From Fastidiosibacter lacustris (GTDB lineage: Bacteria; Pseudomonadota; Gammaproteobacteria; Francisellales; Francisellaceae): DNA of 32,000 bases. Positions 29,201 through 32,000 of the stretch are shown here, in pieces. Positions within the stretch are counted from its first letter, which is position 1; every line of letters begins with the position of its first letter. The stretch is taken from assembly GCF_003428155.1 (NCBI RefSeq), contig NZ_QLIR01000007.1:57534-89533 (forward strand). Direction: 5' to 3'. The notes below the pieces were generated by a model that made no database searches, had not been told where the DNA came from, and worked only from the letters and a program-made list of their open reading frames with translations. The translations under genes and the position numbers were made by a program.

Positions 29201-30081
29201 CTATCCAAATAGCGAAAAAAACAGATCAGGTCTGCTATCAATCTTGGGAGTTTGATGATTTGCCAATTCTGCGTGATGTCAAACAACATGGTATTAACAT
29301 CAGTGTTTACCCCTGTATTGAAGCAAAAGAAGAAGGTGTGGTTTTGGGTTATAAAACAACCTTGTTTGAAGCCGAAAAATCCATCAAAGAAGCAACCAGA
29401 AAGCTTTTAATGCTAGCATGTTCACATATCAACCGCACACTTATTGAATGTATTGGTCATAAGAAAAATCTCAATTTGTTGTTTAGTTTGATTAAGGAAA
29501 CAAACTGGCAAGATGAGCTCATCGCGAAAGCTTATGATATAAGCTTTAATATTGATGATTCACCTCCTATTCGAACTAAAGTTGCATTTGAGCACATGTT
29601 CAACTTAGGTAGAGCCAATCTTGTAACAACGATAGAAAGCCTGTGCGATGATGTACATAGCTTAATGTTAAAATACCAAAAGCTATATAAAGTGGTTAAT
29701 CGTAAAAACCTTCCTTTTGATTTGTTACCCCTGTATCAAGATGTGCAAAGTATTTTATCTCAACTCGTATATAAGGGCTTTATTTTACAAACACCTCATA
29801 AGTGGTTAAAGCGCATTTGTTACTATCTACAAGCCTTGGAAAATCGCTTAGAAAAAGCACCAAGAATCTCCCAGCAAGATAGGCAATATCAAATTGAACA
29901 GGAGGAGTTGAAATTTTTACTTAACCAAAAAATTCAACAAAAGGGGCAATCACACCTTGTTGATGCTCAAGATTTGCATTGGCTGATGTTAGAGTTATGG
30001 CTTTCTTGGTATGCCCAAGAGACTAAAACTATAGAAACAGTATCCACCACAAGGTTAAAAAAAAGAATTCAGATGCTTTAA
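26221..30081 (+). CDS. hrpA: ATP-dependent RNA helicase HrpA
   Basis: GETGSGKSTQLPKICL, IIDEAHERSLNIDFLL, ITSATID, QRTGRCGRV. ORF track extends to 26053 but ATG 26221 (MQPFSLSKLL) is the likelier start. Confidence 0.93.
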   Translation: MQPFSLSKLLTNVQTKDRSKLITSFNHLSKRNDVNYEGDTWSKLINEVKYSAQKVQARMARIPKINYPDLPVSQRVTEIKKIINDHQVVIVAGETGSGKSTQLPKICLDLGLGAKGLIGHTQPRRLAARSLAKRLSDETQMTIGEGIGFKIRFSDQTNENTFIKVMTDGVLLAEIQNDKYLSQYEVIIIDEAHERSLNIDFLLGHIYQILNKRPDLKLIITSATIDQERFSKHFNAPIIEVSGRTYPVEIRYQDPLEFNNDFSQAEHILTAVQSLNHEKPGDILVFLATEREIHDAAETLRKAQLRHTEILPLYARLSNAEQDKIFNPSGVGRRIILSTNVAETSLTVPGIRYVIDTGDVRMSRYSYRTKVQRLPIEPISQASANQRTGRCGRVTEGICIRLYSEEDFLSRAPFTDPEIVRTNLASVILQMETLKLGNIEKFPFIDKPDRQFIKDGYRLLHEIGAIVEHSKKHHVQITPIGKQIAKFPLDPRLAKMLVSGAKLNVLREILVIVSFLSIQDPRERPLQFQQKADEVHKQDHHQDSDFLTIVSLWQRYHNETKDLSHRLTHEYCKFNFLSPLRMREWREVYFQLLMLTETFKWTISEVESNYAYIHQAIISGLLGHIGFNYELKEYLGARGLKFHIFPGSSQFKRTPKWICAAEITETTKLYARTVAKIDPLWLESIAEHLTKKHYSAPYWSQKHKAVMANLRISLYGLDIVNNRKVQYGEVDPIISRELFIRHALVYGEFNTQAAFFNQNLALLNEVEDLEHKARKRDIVVDEHTLYSYYEKLIPEHVNNGVVFEKWYKSLSAQEQQALMFEKVALMQHEAEDITHISYPDYFDFGKFKLPLRYHFDPSAEDDGVTMIVPLVLLDQIDAQACDWLVPGLLENKIVALLRALPKNIRKACVPVPHYAKAVFDAIDIDYKQNFYDVLVSQLIRITGISFTRSVWQQSEIEPHLNMRYEVVDENRKVLATGRDLTQIRTKLKDVERSTIQIAKKTDQVCYQSWEFDDLPILRDVKQHGINISVYPCIEAKEEGVVLGYKTTLFEAEKSIKEATRKLLMLACSHINRTLIECIGHKKNLNLLFSLIKETNWQDELIAKAYDISFNIDDSPPIRTKVAFEHMFNLGRANLVTTIESLCDDVHSLMLKYQKLYKVVNRKNLPFDLLPLYQDVQSILSQLVYKGFILQTPHKWLKRICYYLQALENRLEKAPRISQQDRQYQIEQEELKFLLNQKIQQKGQSHLVDAQDLHWLMLELWLSWYAQETKTIETVSTTRLKKRIQML

Positions 30082-30261
30082 AAATATACTCTTCTCCACT
30101 AGATTTCCCCACATCATTTTTTAGCCAAATGTTTTTTTGCTCGACAGAAGCTTTAATTTGATTCAATTCGTAAGATTAAAGCTTCATTGATTTAACGTGC
30201 GAAATTTTTCTTACTTATGTTATTATTCATCACCATTACATCCAAATAGAAATCTTAATAT

Positions 30262-31023
30262 ATGTCTAAGCAGAACAATACTCTTGGCGTGGTCATTATT
30301 ACTAAAAATGAAGAAAAAAACATTAGTCGTTGTCTAGATTCCGTCAAATGGGCAAATGAGATCATCGTCGTTGATTCTGGTAGCACGGATAAAACAATTG
30401 AAATCGCAAAAGGTTATGGTGCTAAAGTATATCACCAAGAGTGGCTTGGCTTTGGATTGCAAAAAAATAAAGCCATTTCATACGCCACTAGTAGATGGCT
30501 ACTTGCACTTGATGCTGATGAGTTGGTTTCTGATGAATTAAAACGTTCTATTTTGCAAGTAATAAAAAATAATCAACATGAAGCTTATAAATTTAAACGC
30601 TTATCTCAATTTTGCGGTCAATGGATAAAGTATGGAGATTGGGGACGTGATATCATTACTCGTCTTTTTAAACGTGAGTGTGCGCAATATTCAAGTGATA
30701 TTGTCCATGAACGACTTATTACTCAAAATAAACCTCAGCTGATTAGTGGTACTTTACTGCATTACTCACAAGGCAGCATCAGTGACTCGCTTAGCAAACT
30801 CAATAGCTATAGTGACGCCACTTCAACTTTATTATTACAAAAAGGCAAATCAACTTCTCTCTTCAAGGCTTCCCTTCACAAGCATTGGACGTTTGTTAGA
30901 AGTTTTATTCTACGTTTAGGTTTTTTAGATGGTTCACGCGGCTATTTAATTGCCAAGCTTTCTGCCTATGGTTCATATTTTAAATATGTCAAGCTATGGG
31001 AGAAACAACAAAATGAAAAATAA
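30262..31023 (+). CDS. Glycosyltransferase family 2 (WaaE/KdtX-like)
   Basis: LGVVIITKNEEKNISRCLDSVKWANEIIVVDSGSTDKTIEIAK...WLLALDADE. Confidence 0.9.
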   Translation: MSKQNNTLGVVIITKNEEKNISRCLDSVKWANEIIVVDSGSTDKTIEIAKGYGAKVYHQEWLGFGLQKNKAISYATSRWLLALDADELVSDELKRSILQVIKNNQHEAYKFKRLSQFCGQWIKYGDWGRDIITRLFKRECAQYSSDIVHERLITQNKPQLISGTLLHYSQGSISDSLSKLNSYSDATSTLLLQKGKSTSLFKASLHKHWTFVRSFILRLGFLDGSRGYLIAKLSAYGSYFKYVKLWEKQQNEK

Positions 31024-31855
31024 TACAACTTATCAAGACCTTATTTCTGTTATTGTTTCAACTTATAACTGGCCAGCTGCTCTAAGGCTTGTTTTACTCG
31101 CTTTAAATAATCAAACCGATCGAAATTTTGAAGTTATTATTGTTGATGATGGTTCAACAGAAGACACAGAAAAAATGATTGATGCGTTTAAACCAACAGC
31201 TAAGTTCCCACTTAAGCATTTATGGCAGGAAGATGAAGGGTTTCGTCTTTCGAGGGCGCGAAATTTAGGTATCAAAAATGCAAAAGGAGCGTATATTATA
31301 TTTCTAGATGGTGATTGTATTGCCCGACCTAACTTTGTTTCCAATCATCGCATCCTTGCACAACAAGGATATTACGTTGCTGGAAATCGCGTTTTACTTA
31401 GTCAGCCATACAGTCAACGGTTATTGGTTGAACAACAAGACATTTCACCAAAATGGCTTAGCTTTTGGTTGATACAACGATTGCGTAAACGTATCAATCG
31501 TTGGCATACTTTATTTACATTCAACTTAAACAGTCGTTTTCGTTATAAAAATATAACTGCATGGAAGAAAGCTAAAGGTTGTAATATGGCCTTTTGGCAT
31601 CAAAACTTACTCGATGTTAGTGGTTTTGAAGAAAAAATATCAGGATGGGGCTATGAAGATTCCGACTTAATGATTCGCCTTATTAATAAGGGAGTCAAAC
31701 GCAAATCAGGCTATTTTGCAACAACGGTATTACATCTTTGGCATAAAGAGGCAGATCGCTCGCAAGAACCTAATAATCTCAAGCTACTAAATGAAATTAA
31801 AAATAGTCAAAGGACGAAAGCAAAACAAAGCCTTTTACAGGAAGAAAACAGGTAA
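31013..31855 (+). CDS. Glycosyltransferase family 2
   Basis: ISVIVSTYNWPAALRLVLLALNNQTDRNFEVIIVDDGSTEDT...YIIFLDGDCIARPNFV...GWGYEDSDLMIRL; ATG 31013 overlaps the previous gene, the track start at 30950 lies inside it. Confidence 0.9.
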   Translation: MKNNTTYQDLISVIVSTYNWPAALRLVLLALNNQTDRNFEVIIVDDGSTEDTEKMIDAFKPTAKFPLKHLWQEDEGFRLSRARNLGIKNAKGAYIIFLDGDCIARPNFVSNHRILAQQGYYVAGNRVLLSQPYSQRLLVEQQDISPKWLSFWLIQRLRKRINRWHTLFTFNLNSRFRYKNITAWKKAKGCNMAFWHQNLLDVSGFEEKISGWGYEDSDLMIRLINKGVKRKSGYFATTVLHLWHKEADRSQEPNNLKLLNEIKNSQRTKAKQSLLQEENR

Positions 31856-31927
31856 ATATTTTTGTTATTAAAGTGTATAAGTTTAGACTTGACCTGACAG
31901 TTGCCTATTTTTCAAACGCGATTTTTG

Positions 31928-32000
31928 TCAGATATGGTTGAGCAATTCAACCTTCTCTTGCCAGTGCGTTTTCCCATCAGTAAAAGTTGCTATTGGTGTT
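31928..32000 (-). CDS. C-terminal fragment of a minus-strand gene continuing beyond the window, product unknown
   Basis: Open frame TPIATFTDGKTHWQEKVELLNHI* reads coding-like and is convergent with the glycosyltransferase. Confidence 0.35.
   Translation of the reverse strand, partial: TPIATFTDGKTHWQEKVELLNHI

Noticed and set aside
1-32000. CRISPR array, toxin-antitoxin pair, retron or complete prophage
   Set aside because: No regularly spaced repeats, no recognisable TA pair, reverse transcriptase or phage structural genes seen on either strand.

Overview
AT-rich gammaproteobacterial chromosome segment in three parts. (1) Conserved left end: ubiE (partial), ubiJ, ubiB, a HIT-family gene and tRNA-Ser(GGA). 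(2) An accessory block at about 3.6-14.9 kb, next to the tRNA gene and full of putative antibiotic-modifying or stress genes: MarR, SnoaL-like, four GNAT domains, a GNAT-nucleotidyltransferase-DUF4440-like fusion, DHFR-like reductase, FosA-like, GH5 glycoside hydrolase, APH-like kinase, chloramphenicol-phosphotransferase-like kinase, AraC/GyrI and EVE. It also holds several decayed genes (CPT-like, methyltransferase C-terminus, MarR, an IS5-type transposase N-terminus). Its core, 5850-11876, is a head-to-tail run of eight reading frames in which every junction overlaps. (3) Conserved right part: hydrolase-hemF, clpS, clpA, glnD, pilD, hrpA and two glycosyltransferases. This part is interrupted by a minus-strand ATP-grasp / MFS / 85-aa ORF trio that looks like a partly eroded small-molecule pathway. 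The best candidate for something under-described is the overlapping operon of unrelated resistance-like enzymes and its three-domain fusion protein. All family calls come from reading motifs in the translations; no database search was run.
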